From a virus (taxonomy: Duplodnaviria; Caudoviricetes): a DNA stretch of 29,389 nucleotides. The stretch spans positions 1-29,389 of the IMG/VR virus record IMGVR_UViG_3300023242_000170. One strand, given 5' to 3'. A program made the translations under genes and the position numbers. This document shows positions 1 through 8,768 of this stretch, piece by piece (positions within the stretch are counted from its first letter, which is position 1; the number at the start of each line of letters is the position of its first letter). The notes under the pieces are model-generated. The model searched no databases. It was not told where the DNA came from and saw only the letters and a program-made list of their open reading frames with translations.

Positions 1-357
1 AATCAGGCAAGATTTAAAACAACGTTTAGTTGTTCGCCCAAGCTCTCCGTATCTGGTGAATCTTGGGCAGACGCTATTAAGCCTGCTGTTGCTGCCAATT
101 ACCGCTCTATACTTAATGCTGATATGTATTTTAAATTTGTCGTTGCTGACAGTGTTGACGTTGAAGAAGTTGATAGGGCTGTCAAGGCTTATAGAAATAT
201 CGGAATCAATGTGCCAGTTTATCTTATGCCAATGGGTGGTCGTACAGAAGGTTATAACCTTACCGTACAGGAAGTTGCAAAACTTGCTATGGCAAAAGGA
301 TACCGATTCACTCCAAGACTCCATATTAGCTTATTCGGAAATGCCTGGGGGACTTGA
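1..357 (+). CDS. queE: 7-carboxy-7-deazaguanine synthase QueE (radical SAM), C-terminal part, 5'-truncated by window
   Basis: Frame 1 is open from base 1 (NQARFKTTFSCSPKLSVSGE...). It contains the QueE-typical SPKL, FKFVV, VYLMP and C-terminal RFTPRLHISLFGNAWGT motifs. Confidence 0.85.
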   Translation, partial: NQARFKTTFSCSPKLSVSGESWADAIKPAVAANYRSILNADMYFKFVVADSVDVEEVDRAVKAYRNIGINVPVYLMPMGGRTEGYNLTVQEVAKLAMAKGYRFTPRLHISLFGNAWGT

Positions 358-427
358 TGATACTGCGCTTAAAACACTTAGGCGTGACATACCCACAGAA
401 GAACAATTCGATAAACTAAGGAAATAG
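341..427 (+). CDS. possible 28-aa peptide (MPGGLDDTALK...)
   Basis: Fills the gap between queE and the next gene exactly (stop 427, next ATG 430). Weak RBS. Confidence 0.25.
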   Translation: MPGGLDDTALKTLRRDIPTEEQFDKLRK

Positions 428-429
428 AT

Positions 430-630
430 ATGAAAGACCCAAAAGTGATAGCTCTTGTAAAACAGTTTGAAAAAGATGTTAACGCACTTAATGTAAGCTG
501 GAATAAATTACAAGCAAACGACGTGTATGTTAGATTAGAGATTAAAGGTACTAGTAGTTATACTGAGCCTAAGTATTTGTTGATCGGCGAAATTACACAA
601 CATGTGACATACACAAAGGAGAGCGAATGA
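430..630 (+). CDS. hypothetical phage protein
   Basis: AAGGA RBS upstream; ATGA overlap with the next gene. Confidence 0.7.
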   Translation: MKDPKVIALVKQFEKDVNALNVSWNKLQANDVYVRLEIKGTSSYTEPKYLLIGEITQHVTYTKESE

Positions 631-1031
631 AAAACTTTTTAAAGAAATTAACAGGTTTAGATAAAGTAGAAGCACGTATTGCTGAGGAAGCAGCGGCACT
701 AGAAGCAAAAGAACTAGAATTACTTAAAGTAAGAGATCCTAAAGCGTATGCTACTAAACGTAAAGAGCCTTGGGTAAATGTTATTGATGTTAAAGTAAAC
801 GCAGAGAATGTGCGTAACGGCTTCTTTGAACTTGATTGGAATGATTACTTTATTGCGCAACTAGTTCAAGCAGGATACGGCGTTGACAATGATCCTGAAG
901 AAGAAATTGTTGATCGTTGGTTCCGTGACATCGTACACAATATGTTAGAAGAAGGTGGTCAAGATACAAATCGAGGCGCGGGCTATATTAATGTTATTCC
1001 TATCTCTAAAGGTAAGTCGGAAGTTAGTTGA
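627..1031 (+). CDS. hypothetical phage protein
   Basis: AGGAG RBS; 134 aa; translationally coupled to the previous gene. Confidence 0.8.
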   Translation: MKNFLKKLTGLDKVEARIAEEAAALEAKELELLKVRDPKAYATKRKEPWVNVIDVKVNAENVRNGFFELDWNDYFIAQLVQAGYGVDNDPEEEIVDRWFRDIVHNMLEEGGQDTNRGAGYINVIPISKGKSEVS

Positions 1032-1056
1032 CAATTATGTGTAAACATGTTATACT
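1028..1056 (+). promoter_or_regulatory. sigma70-type early promoter
   Basis: TTGACA (1028-1033), 17-nt spacer, TATACT (1051-1056), with an extended -10 TG. Confidence 0.85.
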
Positions 1057-1089
1057 ATATTTAAATTAACGCAATAAAAGGTTACACAA

Positions 1090-2076
1090 ATGGCAACTTA
1101 CATTCTAGTAGATACTGCTAATACTTTCTTTAGAGCTCGTCACGTAGTACGCGGCGATATCGACACAAAGGTAGGCATGGCACTACACATTACGCTAAAC
1201 AGTGTAAAGAAAGCATGGACTGACTTTAAAGCAGATCACGTTGTGTTCTGTTTAGAAGGTCGTAGCTGGCGCAAGGACTTTTACGAGCCCTACAAGCGCA
1301 ACAGGCAAGTTGCCCGCGGCAAACTATCTGTAACAGAAGCAGAAGAAGATACTGCATTCTGGGGTATCTTTGACGAGTTTAAAAACTTCGTTACTGAAAA
1401 GACTAATTGTACTGTTATGCGTCATTCGCAACTAGAAGCAGATGACTTAATTGCTGGTTGGGTACAAATGCATCCTAATGATACTCATATTATTATTAGT
1501 ACAGATGGTGACTTTGCACAACTTATTGCGCCTAATGTAAAGCAATATAATGGCGTTGCTAACATGACTATTACACACGAAGGTTATTTTGATGACAAAG
1601 GCCAGCGAGTAATTGATAAGAAAACTAAAGAAGCAAAGCCTGCGCCGCACCCTGCATTTATGCTGTTTGAGAAATGTATGCGTGGCGATACAAGCGATAA
1701 TGTGTTCAGTGCGTATCCAGGTGTACGTACAAAAGGTACTAAGAACAAAGTTGGTCTTATAGAAGCATACGAAGATAAGACTTCAAAAGGCTTTAATTGG
1801 AATAACATGATGTTACAACGTTGGTCCGATCACGAAGGTGCAGAGCATCGTGTATTAGATGATTATAATCGTAACGTAGTATTATGTGATTTAACTGCAC
1901 AACCTGCAGACATTAGAGAAATTATTAATACAACTATCACAGAAAATGCGGTGCCTAAAGAAATTACGCAAGTAGGCATGCGTCTTATGAAGTTTTGTGC
2001 CAAGTGGGATATGCAACGTATTGCAGATCAAGCACAAAGCTATGCAGAACCATTACAAGCGAGGTATCCAGTATGA
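1090..2076 (+). CDS. rnh: T4 RNase H-like 5'-3' exonuclease (FEN1/Pol I N-terminal nuclease family)
   Basis: Motifs ILVD, WRKDFYEPYKRNR, EADDLIA, ISTDGDFAQL and GDTSDNV. Confidence 0.9.
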   Translation: MATYILVDTANTFFRARHVVRGDIDTKVGMALHITLNSVKKAWTDFKADHVVFCLEGRSWRKDFYEPYKRNRQVARGKLSVTEAEEDTAFWGIFDEFKNFVTEKTNCTVMRHSQLEADDLIAGWVQMHPNDTHIIISTDGDFAQLIAPNVKQYNGVANMTITHEGYFDDKGQRVIDKKTKEAKPAPHPAFMLFEKCMRGDTSDNVFSAYPGVRTKGTKNKVGLIEAYEDKTSKGFNWNNMMLQRWSDHEGAEHRVLDDYNRNVVLCDLTAQPADIREIINTTITENAVPKEITQVGMRLMKFCAKWDMQRIADQAQSYAEPLQARYPV

Positions 2077-2549
2077 CATTAAAAGCAAAACCTGTACTAA
2101 AAGATAAATTTTGGATTGTTGAAAGCAACGAACAACGTATCGGTACTATGACATGGAATGACAATCGATATATGTTTAGTAGTCGTGTAGAAACTTGTTT
2201 CTTTGACAATAAACGACAAATGAAGAAAAAGTTTGGTACTGATATTATTTGGAGTGATATTACACCAAAAGTAGTAGACGATACACTTGACCTGTTTATA
2301 GTACACGGATTCCCAACTAGTGTTAATCCGTTTAATACGCTGTATGATGTAAAACGTAAACTTCCATTGTTTACTAAAAGCAATAATTCAAAAAGTCAAT
2401 ACTGTGCAGGATATTATATTATTAAGTTTGACAAAGGATGGGTTAAGAGCCATTGCCCTAAACTTATTACAGTGGAACGATACGAAACTAGAGGCCCGTT
2501 TAAGTTTGAGTTAGAAATGCGTCAGGAGTTATCAATTGCAAATCGTTGA
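2073..2549 (+). CDS. hypothetical phage protein (start reassigned to ATG 2073, MTLKAKP...)
   Basis: ATGA overlap with the rnh stop and a GAGGT RBS upstream. Confidence 0.75.
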   Translation: MTLKAKPVLKDKFWIVESNEQRIGTMTWNDNRYMFSSRVETCFFDNKRQMKKKFGTDIIWSDITPKVVDDTLDLFIVHGFPTSVNPFNTLYDVKRKLPLFTKSNNSKSQYCAGYYIIKFDKGWVKSHCPKLITVERYETRGPFKFELEMRQELSIANR

Positions 2550-2778
2550 ACCGTTAAACACTATTCCTTTACAACAGTTTTTAAATGCTGTAAAGGCTGC
2601 TGAACAAAGCCGTGCAAGAGAAGTTAAACTAGACATTGCTACAGCAAAGACACTGGCATTTACACTCGGTGCTGTTATGAGTCGTTTACATGGCGATCTT
2701 GAACTATTAGTTGCACAATCTAAAAATAACAACGATGAAATTATTGAGATTAAACTCGATGGTGGATCTAAGTTTTAA
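2536..2778 (+). CDS. hypothetical phage protein
   Basis: AGGAG upstream of a TTG start; 80 aa, helical-looking. Confidence 0.7.
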   Translation: MQIVEPLNTIPLQQFLNAVKAAEQSRAREVKLDIATAKTLAFTLGAVMSRLHGDLELLVAQSKNNNDEIIEIKLDGGSKF

Positions 2779-2802
2779 GTACGCAGATAACTGTTGAAAA
2801 GA

Positions 2803-2810
2803 GATAAATA
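2803..2810 (+). promoter_or_regulatory. late-promoter-like GATAAATA
   Basis: One mismatch to the T4 late consensus TATAAATA; intergenic, 30 nt before ATG 2840. Confidence 0.6.
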
Positions 2811-2839
2811 TATACGTAGTTAATTAAAGGATTACGTAT

Positions 2840-3130
2840 ATGAGTAGACCAAAGCCAACAGTTATTTTAGAAAATATAAACAATAAAACGTATAAGTCAG
2901 AACAAGTTTTAGAAGCTGACGCTATCTGGGCAGTTTTTTATCAGAGTAAGCCGTTCAATCTTAAAAGTGCAAATGCCCTAACAAATTATCCCGGACCTAA
3001 GTACAAGAAAACTAGCTTTAGTAATCCCGGACATGCACATAATCTTTCTAAAAAATTAAACGAAATGTTTAGATGTGAAGACTTTGCAGTATATAAGCTC
3101 ACTAACGGTGAGGTGGTTACAGAAGAATGA
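2840..3130 (+). CDS. hypothetical phage protein (MSRPKP...)
   Basis: AAGGA RBS; ATGA overlap with the next gene. Confidence 0.8.
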   Translation: MSRPKPTVILENINNKTYKSEQVLEADAIWAVFYQSKPFNLKSANALTNYPGPKYKKTSFSNPGHAHNLSKKLNEMFRCEDFAVYKLTNGEVVTEE

Positions 3131-3510
3131 ACTGGAAAGAGACTTATACTAAAATCTTTCTAAAAGAACTAGATAAAAGTACAAACGAATCAACTATAAA
3201 AGAATACATTCCTCTGTGGTGGAAAAACAACAGAGATAAAGGTGCGGGCGGCCTAAGGCTAACGGACACAGGATTTGAGGTTCTCCTACAGATAGATCTA
3301 GCAATATACGATATACCTTTTGCTAAGGATATGCCGCTTACTACGCAAGTTATTATATTCTTAGATCAGTTTATTGACTGCCCTTACTATCTTACACACA
3401 AAAGTATCACAGTAACGAACGAAAAGAAAGCAGTCGAACTTACTCTTTTCAGCGGCGATCTTCGCAAATATGGCATTACAAAGGCCATGAATAGACAAAA
3501 AAGTTCCTAA
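3127..3510 (+). CDS. hypothetical phage protein
   Basis: 127-aa ORF coupled to the previous gene. Confidence 0.75.
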   Translation: MNWKETYTKIFLKELDKSTNESTIKEYIPLWWKNNRDKGAGGLRLTDTGFEVLLQIDLAIYDIPFAKDMPLTTQVIIFLDQFIDCPYYLTHKSITVTNEKKAVELTLFSGDLRKYGITKAMNRQKSS

Positions 3511-3525
3511 GTTCTTATAAAACAC

Positions 3526-3553
3526 TTGACATTTCCTGTATTGGTGCTATAAT
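3526..3553 (+). promoter_or_regulatory. sigma70-type early promoter
   Basis: TTGACA (3526-3531), 16-nt spacer, TATAAT (3548-3553), with extended TG. Confidence 0.85.
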
Positions 3554-3596
3554 ATATACATAGCGTAACAAAACACACACTTAAAAGGAATGCAAA

Positions 3597-4682
3597 ATGG
3601 ATACTGGAACACGTACTGTAAGCCCTAATAGCGCAAAAGCGTCAATCAAGCATGCAATGCTTAAAAAACGGCCGCTGTTTCTTTGGGGACCTCCGGGCAT
3701 TGGTAAGTCAGATATTGTACGTCAGATTACTGACAGTTTTACAAATGCGCATTTGATTGACATTCGTTTGAGTCTTTGGGAACCTACAGACATTAAAGGT
3801 ATTCCGTATTTTGATAGTAACTCAGGTACTATGGTATGGGGTGCGCCTTCAGAACTTCCTACACAAGAGTTTGCAGCACAGTACGATACTATTGTATTGT
3901 TCTTAGACGAAATGAACTCAGCGGCTCCTAGCGTACAAGCAGCAGCATATCAACTAATTTTGAATCGGCGTGTAGGCACTTACAAGTTGCCAGACAACGT
4001 TGTTATTGTTGCAGCCGGCAATCGTGAAGCAGATAAAGGCGTTACTTATCGTATGCCTGCTCCGTTGGCTAACCGCTTTATTCACTTAGAACTACGTGTT
4101 GACTTCAACGACTGGTTTCAGTGGGCAGTTGATAACAGAATCCATAAAGATGTTGTAGGTTACTTGACATTTGCAAAGAAAGACTTGTACGACTTTGATC
4201 CTAAGAGCCCAAGTCGCAGCTTTGCAACTCCTCGTAGCTGGAGTTTTGTTAGCGAATTGCTCGAAGACGGCATCGACGATAACACTACTACTGACTTAGT
4301 TAGTGGCGCAGTAGGCGAGGGCCTTGCTGTAAAATTTATGGCGCACCGTAAAGTTGCGTCAAGCATGCCTAATCCTACTGACATTTTGCTTGGTAAAGTA
4401 AAAGAGATGAAGACTAAAGAAATTAGTGCTATGTATTCATTGACAATTTCACTCTGTTACGAACTAAAAGAAGCCGCTGACAAAAACGATAAGAAGTTTG
4501 ATGATAAAGTAAATAACTTCCTGCGCTTTGCAATGGATAACTTTGAGACTGAGCTAGTTGTTATGGGTATTAAACTTGCTCTTACACAGTATGCTTTGCC
4601 TATTGACCCAGATGAAGTAGAGTGTTTTGACGAGTTTCATGAGCGATTCGGTAAGTATATTAAGGCTGCGCAGTCCGCTTAA
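3597..4682 (+). CDS. MoxR-like AAA+ ATPase
   Basis: Walker A GPPGIGKS, Walker B LFLDEMN, sensor AAGN, and Arg finger PLANRF. Confidence 0.9.
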   Translation: MDTGTRTVSPNSAKASIKHAMLKKRPLFLWGPPGIGKSDIVRQITDSFTNAHLIDIRLSLWEPTDIKGIPYFDSNSGTMVWGAPSELPTQEFAAQYDTIVLFLDEMNSAAPSVQAAAYQLILNRRVGTYKLPDNVVIVAAGNREADKGVTYRMPAPLANRFIHLELRVDFNDWFQWAVDNRIHKDVVGYLTFAKKDLYDFDPKSPSRSFATPRSWSFVSELLEDGIDDNTTTDLVSGAVGEGLAVKFMAHRKVASSMPNPTDILLGKVKEMKTKEISAMYSLTISLCYELKEAADKNDKKFDDKVNNFLRFAMDNFETELVVMGIKLALTQYALPIDPDEVECFDEFHERFGKYIKAAQSA

Positions 4683-4688
4683 TGAACG

Positions 4689-4724
4689 GAAAGGACGGGT
4701 TCTTTTGGACCCGTCCTTTCTTTC
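4689..4724 (+). terminator. intrinsic terminator
   Basis: Perfect 12-bp stem GAAAGGACGGGT/ACCCGTCCTTTC, extendable by 2 bp around a TTTT loop, with a T-rich 3' end. Lies just after the ATPase stop. Confidence 0.8.
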
Positions 4725-4739
4725 AAATTAAAATAACGG

Positions 4740-4767
4740 TTGACATATGCACTATAGATGCTATAAT
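4740..4767 (+). promoter_or_regulatory. sigma70-type early promoter
   Basis: TTGACA (4740-4745), 16-nt spacer, TATAAT (4762-4767). Shares TGCTATAATATAT with the 3526 promoter. Confidence 0.85.
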
Positions 4768-4798
4768 ATATGTATAAGTTAATAAAAAGGTGATACAA

Positions 4799-6109
4799 AT
4801 GGCTACTAAAGATACTGCAAGTAAGCTTAAAAACTGGCAACCTAATCCAGATATCACTGAGCAAGCATTAGAAGTAATGCGTGTTGAAGTTATGGACCGT
4901 ATTATTACTGCTCGTGTAGGACTGTTGTTGCGCCATCCTTTCTTTGGTAACATGGCTACACGCTTGCGTATTGCAGCGGCAGACGAATGGCTTCCTACTG
5001 CCGCTGTAGACGGACGTAATTTATTCTACAACACACAGTTCTTTAATGCAATGGACAATAAAGAAATTGAGTTTGTTGTTGCGCACGAAATTCTACATAT
5101 GGTGTTTGATCACCTTGGGCGGCGCGATGAGCGGAATCCTATGTTGTATAATATTGCCGCCGACTATATTGTAAACAATTTACTTGTACGTGATCGCATC
5201 GGCTGTAAGCCTAAAATTGTAGACTGCTATCAAGACTTTAAATATGAAGGATGGACTTCTGAAGATGTGTACGATGAACTATTTAAAGAAGCAGAAAAGA
5301 ACGGCGAAGAGTACTTAAAACAACTAGGCGAAATGCTAGATGAACACCTTGACATGGAAGGCGAAGACGGCGAAGGTAAAGACGCCGGCGAATCTAAAGA
5401 CGGCAACGGAAATAATGTAAGCAAGAGTAAGCCTAAGTACTCAAAAGAAGAAATGAAGAAGATTAAAGATGGGATCAAAGAAAATATGATCTCAGCGGCG
5501 CAGACAGCAGGTGCAGGTAATGTTCCTGCAGGTGTTGCACGTATGATACAAGAGTTAACTGAGCCTAAGATGAACTGGCGTGAACTACTGCGTCAGCAGA
5601 TCCAAAGTACTATTAAAAGTGATTATACGTTTAGTCGTCCTAGCCGTAAAGGACAAATGAGCGGTGCTATTTTGCCAGGCATGAACTTTCAAGATACAAT
5701 TGATGTTGCTATTAGCTTAGACATGTCAGGTTCTATAGGCAATGAACAAGCTAAAGACTTCTTAAGTGAAATTAAAGGTATTATGGACGAATATCAAGAC
5801 TACAACATTAAATTGTGGTGCTTTGATACTAAGGTCTATAACGAGCAAGACTTTAGTGCAGACGGCGGTGATGACTTGTCAGACTACGAAATTATGGGCG
5901 GTGGCGGCACTGACTTTGATGCTAACTGGACATATATGAAAGAGAATGACATCCAGCCTAAGAAGTTCATTATGTTTACAGATGGATATCCTTGGGACAG
6001 CTGGGGTGATTCAGATTACTGCGATACAGTTTTTATTATTCACAGTCATCGTGATAAAAACTTGCAGGCGCCGTTTGGAGTTACTGCGCACTATGACGTG
6101 GCGGCATGA
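4799..6109 (+). CDS. HExxH metallopeptidase-like N-domain plus vWA C-domain protein (DUF2201-like); partner of the MoxR ATPase
   Basis: AHEILH motif, acidic linker, MIDAS DMSGS, GGGGTDF and FTDG. AAGGTG RBS before ATG 4799. Confidence 0.85.
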   Translation: MATKDTASKLKNWQPNPDITEQALEVMRVEVMDRIITARVGLLLRHPFFGNMATRLRIAAADEWLPTAAVDGRNLFYNTQFFNAMDNKEIEFVVAHEILHMVFDHLGRRDERNPMLYNIAADYIVNNLLVRDRIGCKPKIVDCYQDFKYEGWTSEDVYDELFKEAEKNGEEYLKQLGEMLDEHLDMEGEDGEGKDAGESKDGNGNNVSKSKPKYSKEEMKKIKDGIKENMISAAQTAGAGNVPAGVARMIQELTEPKMNWRELLRQQIQSTIKSDYTFSRPSRKGQMSGAILPGMNFQDTIDVAISLDMSGSIGNEQAKDFLSEIKGIMDEYQDYNIKLWCFDTKVYNEQDFSADGGDDLSDYEIMGGGGTDFDANWTYMKENDIQPKKFIMFTDGYPWDSWGDSDYCDTVFIIHSHRDKNLQAPFGVTAHYDVAA

Positions 6110-6387
6110 TAAAAAACAGGACGCCTAATCCGTTAAATGTATTTGAAGTGAGGCAAGTCAAATCGGCTCCGCCTCATTTTGAATACGTTAACTTGCCTAT
6201 GACATACAATATCGAAGCTAGTATTGTAAAATGGGTTAAACAAAACTTAAAAAATCGTTTCTATATTGGTAAAAACGTATCACTGAACGACGAGAATAAG
6301 ATAACACCAGTTTTAACTGTAGGGTTTGAAGAAATTAAAGACCTCAGTTATTTCATGTTAGCGTGTCCACATTTAAAGTACAAATAA
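6106..6387 (+). CDS. hypothetical phage protein
   Basis: ATGA overlap with the previous gene; 93 aa. Confidence 0.7.
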   Translation: MIKNRTPNPLNVFEVRQVKSAPPHFEYVNLPMTYNIEASIVKWVKQNLKNRFYIGKNVSLNDENKITPVLTVGFEEIKDLSYFMLACPHLKYK

Positions 6388-6390
6388 ATA
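6383..6390 (+). promoter_or_regulatory. late-promoter-like AATAAATA
   Basis: One mismatch to TATAAATA; upstream of the gene at 6424. Confidence 0.5.
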
Positions 6391-6423
6391 AAGTACGCAT
6401 ATATACTATACAAGGAGATAATT

Positions 6424-6651
6424 ATGAGTGAAGATACAAACGTTGAAGCAACCCAACCCGTAACACAAGAAGTTGCTCAGGGTCCCGACCTAACTGTGCA
6501 AGATTTACAAGCACTAAAGAGCATTATTGATGTTGCTAGTCAACGTGGCGCTTTTAAGCCAAACGAAATGATGACCGTTGGTCAAACTTATACTAAACTA
6601 GAGCAGTTTTTAAACGCAGTAGCACAACAGCAACCTGCAAAAGGAGCATAA
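6424..6651 (+). CDS. hypothetical phage protein
   Basis: AAGGAG RBS; 75 aa. Confidence 0.8.
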   Translation: MSEDTNVEATQPVTQEVAQGPDLTVQDLQALKSIIDVASQRGAFKPNEMMTVGQTYTKLEQFLNAVAQQQPAKGA

Positions 6652-6652
6652 T

Positions 6653-7285
6653 ATGTTAAAGCACGTAGGCCGTATGGCTAATAATCAACGCAAAGTAATT
6701 GTTGCATACAAAGTAGTACCGGGTGAGCCTGATAACTGTATTGTAGTAACTACAGAAAATTTAGGCGCTGACGAACATGATACACTTATCAAACTAGTCG
6801 AATCAGCAGCAGGACAAGAATCAGAAGATCTAGCAACAGCAATGATGCGTACATCTTTACCAGATGGCAGCAACATGCTTGCACGATTCCATACCACTGG
6901 TAAAATGATTAAAGTTCCAACTAAGAATGTTGAGATGATGCCTAATAGAAACACTAGTATTCTATTAAGTGAATTAAATGAACTAATTGCACAACAAAAA
7001 GGTGTAACCGTAAACGACTTAGCTGTAAAAACTAGAGACGGTTCGACAGTTCCAACAGCACAACAATCTGAGCCAAAGATCACCGCTAGCGAAATGGCTG
7101 CACAATCGGCAGGAACCGCTGCGGTAGCTACTGATGGCGTACTAACTGACGAAGCACTAGCAGCTAAATTCCGCAGTGATGCAGACCGGTTAAGCAAGGA
7201 AGCAGCAGTATTACGTAGACAAGCAGAAGAGCTTATGCCTACAGTAAAGAAAGCTATTGTTAAAAAGACATCAGCAAGTGCCTAA
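6653..7285 (+). CDS. hypothetical phage protein with C-terminal coiled coil
   Basis: AAGGAG RBS; 210 aa. Confidence 0.8.
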   Translation: MLKHVGRMANNQRKVIVAYKVVPGEPDNCIVVTTENLGADEHDTLIKLVESAAGQESEDLATAMMRTSLPDGSNMLARFHTTGKMIKVPTKNVEMMPNRNTSILLSELNELIAQQKGVTVNDLAVKTRDGSTVPTAQQSEPKITASEMAAQSAGTAAVATDGVLTDEALAAKFRSDADRLSKEAAVLRRQAEELMPTVKKAIVKKTSASA

Positions 7286-7595
7286 GAACAAATTACCCCC
7301 AGAAGTAATCAAACAGTGGCCTGAGATTTTTGACGATGTTGAAATAAAAGCAGTTCCGATTGATTATATTCATAGCGTACACGTACACTTTCATTCTGGA
7401 AAAATCTGGGAAATTGATTTAGATCGACAAGCGTTGCAAAACAAAGGAGATGTTTCTAAAGTTGAAGGTAGTTTAGAAACTTTTCTTGCAGAATATAATG
7501 AAGAAATATCGCATGTTGATTTTCGTTTAAATACTGCTAAAGTAGTTGCAGATGTTAAAAGTAGAACTAAAAGCTTTATGAAAAAACGTAAATAG
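7278..7595 (+). CDS. hypothetical phage protein (probable GTG start at 7278)
   Basis: ORF overlaps the previous stop by 8 nt; start codon uncertain. Confidence 0.65.
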   Translation: MPKNKLPPEVIKQWPEIFDDVEIKAVPIDYIHSVHVHFHSGKIWEIDLDRQALQNKGDVSKVEGSLETFLAEYNEEISHVDFRLNTAKVVADVKSRTKSFMKKRK

Positions 7596-7618
7596 TTCTT
7601 AGGATATCTTTAAAAATG

Positions 7619-7626
7619 TATAAATA
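7619..7626 (+). promoter_or_regulatory. T4-type late promoter TATAAATA
   Basis: Exact consensus, 30 nt upstream of a structural-looking gene. Confidence 0.8.
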
Positions 7627-7655
7627 CTAATAATAGATATTTTAGGAGTTTACAT

Positions 7656-8765
7656 ATGGCACTACGTCTAAGACGCGGCACAAATGCAGAGCGCTTGCTA
7701 ACAACCCCATTAGCAGGCGAGTTGATTTACACCACTGATACTAAATTAGTATATGTAGGTGACAGTACTACTGTTGGTGGAACAATTGTTACCGGCGGCA
7801 GCGGTGGTTCTACTACATTAGATGCGCTTACTGATACTGATTTAACAGGCGCATTAAATAACGATGTACTAAAATTTAATAGCGGAACCAATAAGTGGGA
7901 AGCAGCAGCAGATAGTGTCGGTTCACTAACTGGTAGTTTTTCAGGTACGTTTGACGGTGACGTAACTGGTAGTTTATTTGCTGATGATAGTACACTTATA
8001 GTAGACGGAGTTGGCAATACTATTACTATTCAGTCACTTCTTGCTTCTACAACTAGTACAAATAGTGTTACAGCAGAAGGCATTTTAGATCTTAAGAGCA
8101 ATACAAACGTAGTACGAACAACAGCAACAGGGGTAAAGTTAGTATCTCAAACTGTTGGGGGCGAAATTGAACAAGGCCCAGTACACCGTACTACAACTTC
8201 AAGAGGAACACTTGCTGCTCCTACTACTGTTGTTGTTGGCGATTCAATATTGTCAATATTAGGCGAAGGATACGATGGCGCTGCTTATAAAACACAAGCA
8301 GTTATAAATATCGGAGTATCTGAAAATACTGTTGGTACGGAAGCGACACCAGGTAGAATAGATTTTAGTATACGAGATGACAACGGCACATTCAACACTT
8401 CGTTTGCTCGTTTAGAATCAAACGGAGTATTTACTGCACCAGCAATTCAATCACTAGGCATAACAACTACAGTCAAAAATTCACTACTTGCTAAAGTAAG
8501 TGGCGGATTAGGTTTACAAGGCACAATAGTATACGATACTACACTTGCTGGATTAAGTTATTATCACGGTACAGATGGATGGAACAACATACTAACTGGA
8601 AATAAACCAGTTGAAACTACATCATTCATTAAGCCAGGTGTATATGCTGATAACACTGCTAGAGATGCAGTAATTACTACTCCAACAGCAGGTATGATGG
8701 TGTTTAATACAACAGGTACTAAGTTCCAAGGCTACACTGGATCAGCCTGGGTAGACTTAAACTAA
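7656..8765 (+). CDS. virion structural/tail fibre-like protein
   Basis: N-terminus LRRGT...GELIYTTDTKLVYVGD resembles the Mtd-N/tail-fibre anchor. G/T/S-rich, with two copies of a G-x-x-V-[YF]-[DN]-TT...Y..W motif near the C-terminus. Has a late promoter. Confidence 0.75.
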   Translation: MALRLRRGTNAERLLTTPLAGELIYTTDTKLVYVGDSTTVGGTIVTGGSGGSTTLDALTDTDLTGALNNDVLKFNSGTNKWEAAADSVGSLTGSFSGTFDGDVTGSLFADDSTLIVDGVGNTITIQSLLASTTSTNSVTAEGILDLKSNTNVVRTTATGVKLVSQTVGGEIEQGPVHRTTTSRGTLAAPTTVVVGDSILSILGEGYDGAAYKTQAVINIGVSENTVGTEATPGRIDFSIRDDNGTFNTSFARLESNGVFTAPAIQSLGITTTVKNSLLAKVSGGLGLQGTIVYDTTLAGLSYYHGTDGWNNILTGNKPVETTSFIKPGVYADNTARDAVITTPTAGMMVFNTTGTKFQGYTGSAWVDLN

Positions 8766-8768
8766 TAA

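Noticed and set aside
56-427. 123-aa ORF from the ORF track
   Set aside because: Out-of-frame shadow of queE. Only its last 28 codons could be a real peptide.
1447-7197. Minus-strand ORFs in the left arm (e.g. 1985-2383, 4160-4384, 6685-7197) and 5946-6128(+)
   Set aside because: Antisense or alternate-frame shadows of well-supported genes, with no motifs or RBS.
7656-8765. Diversity-generating retroelement target, suggested by the Mtd-like N-terminus
   Set aside because: No reverse transcriptase or template/variable repeat pair was seen in the window, and this N-terminal motif is common in tail fibres.
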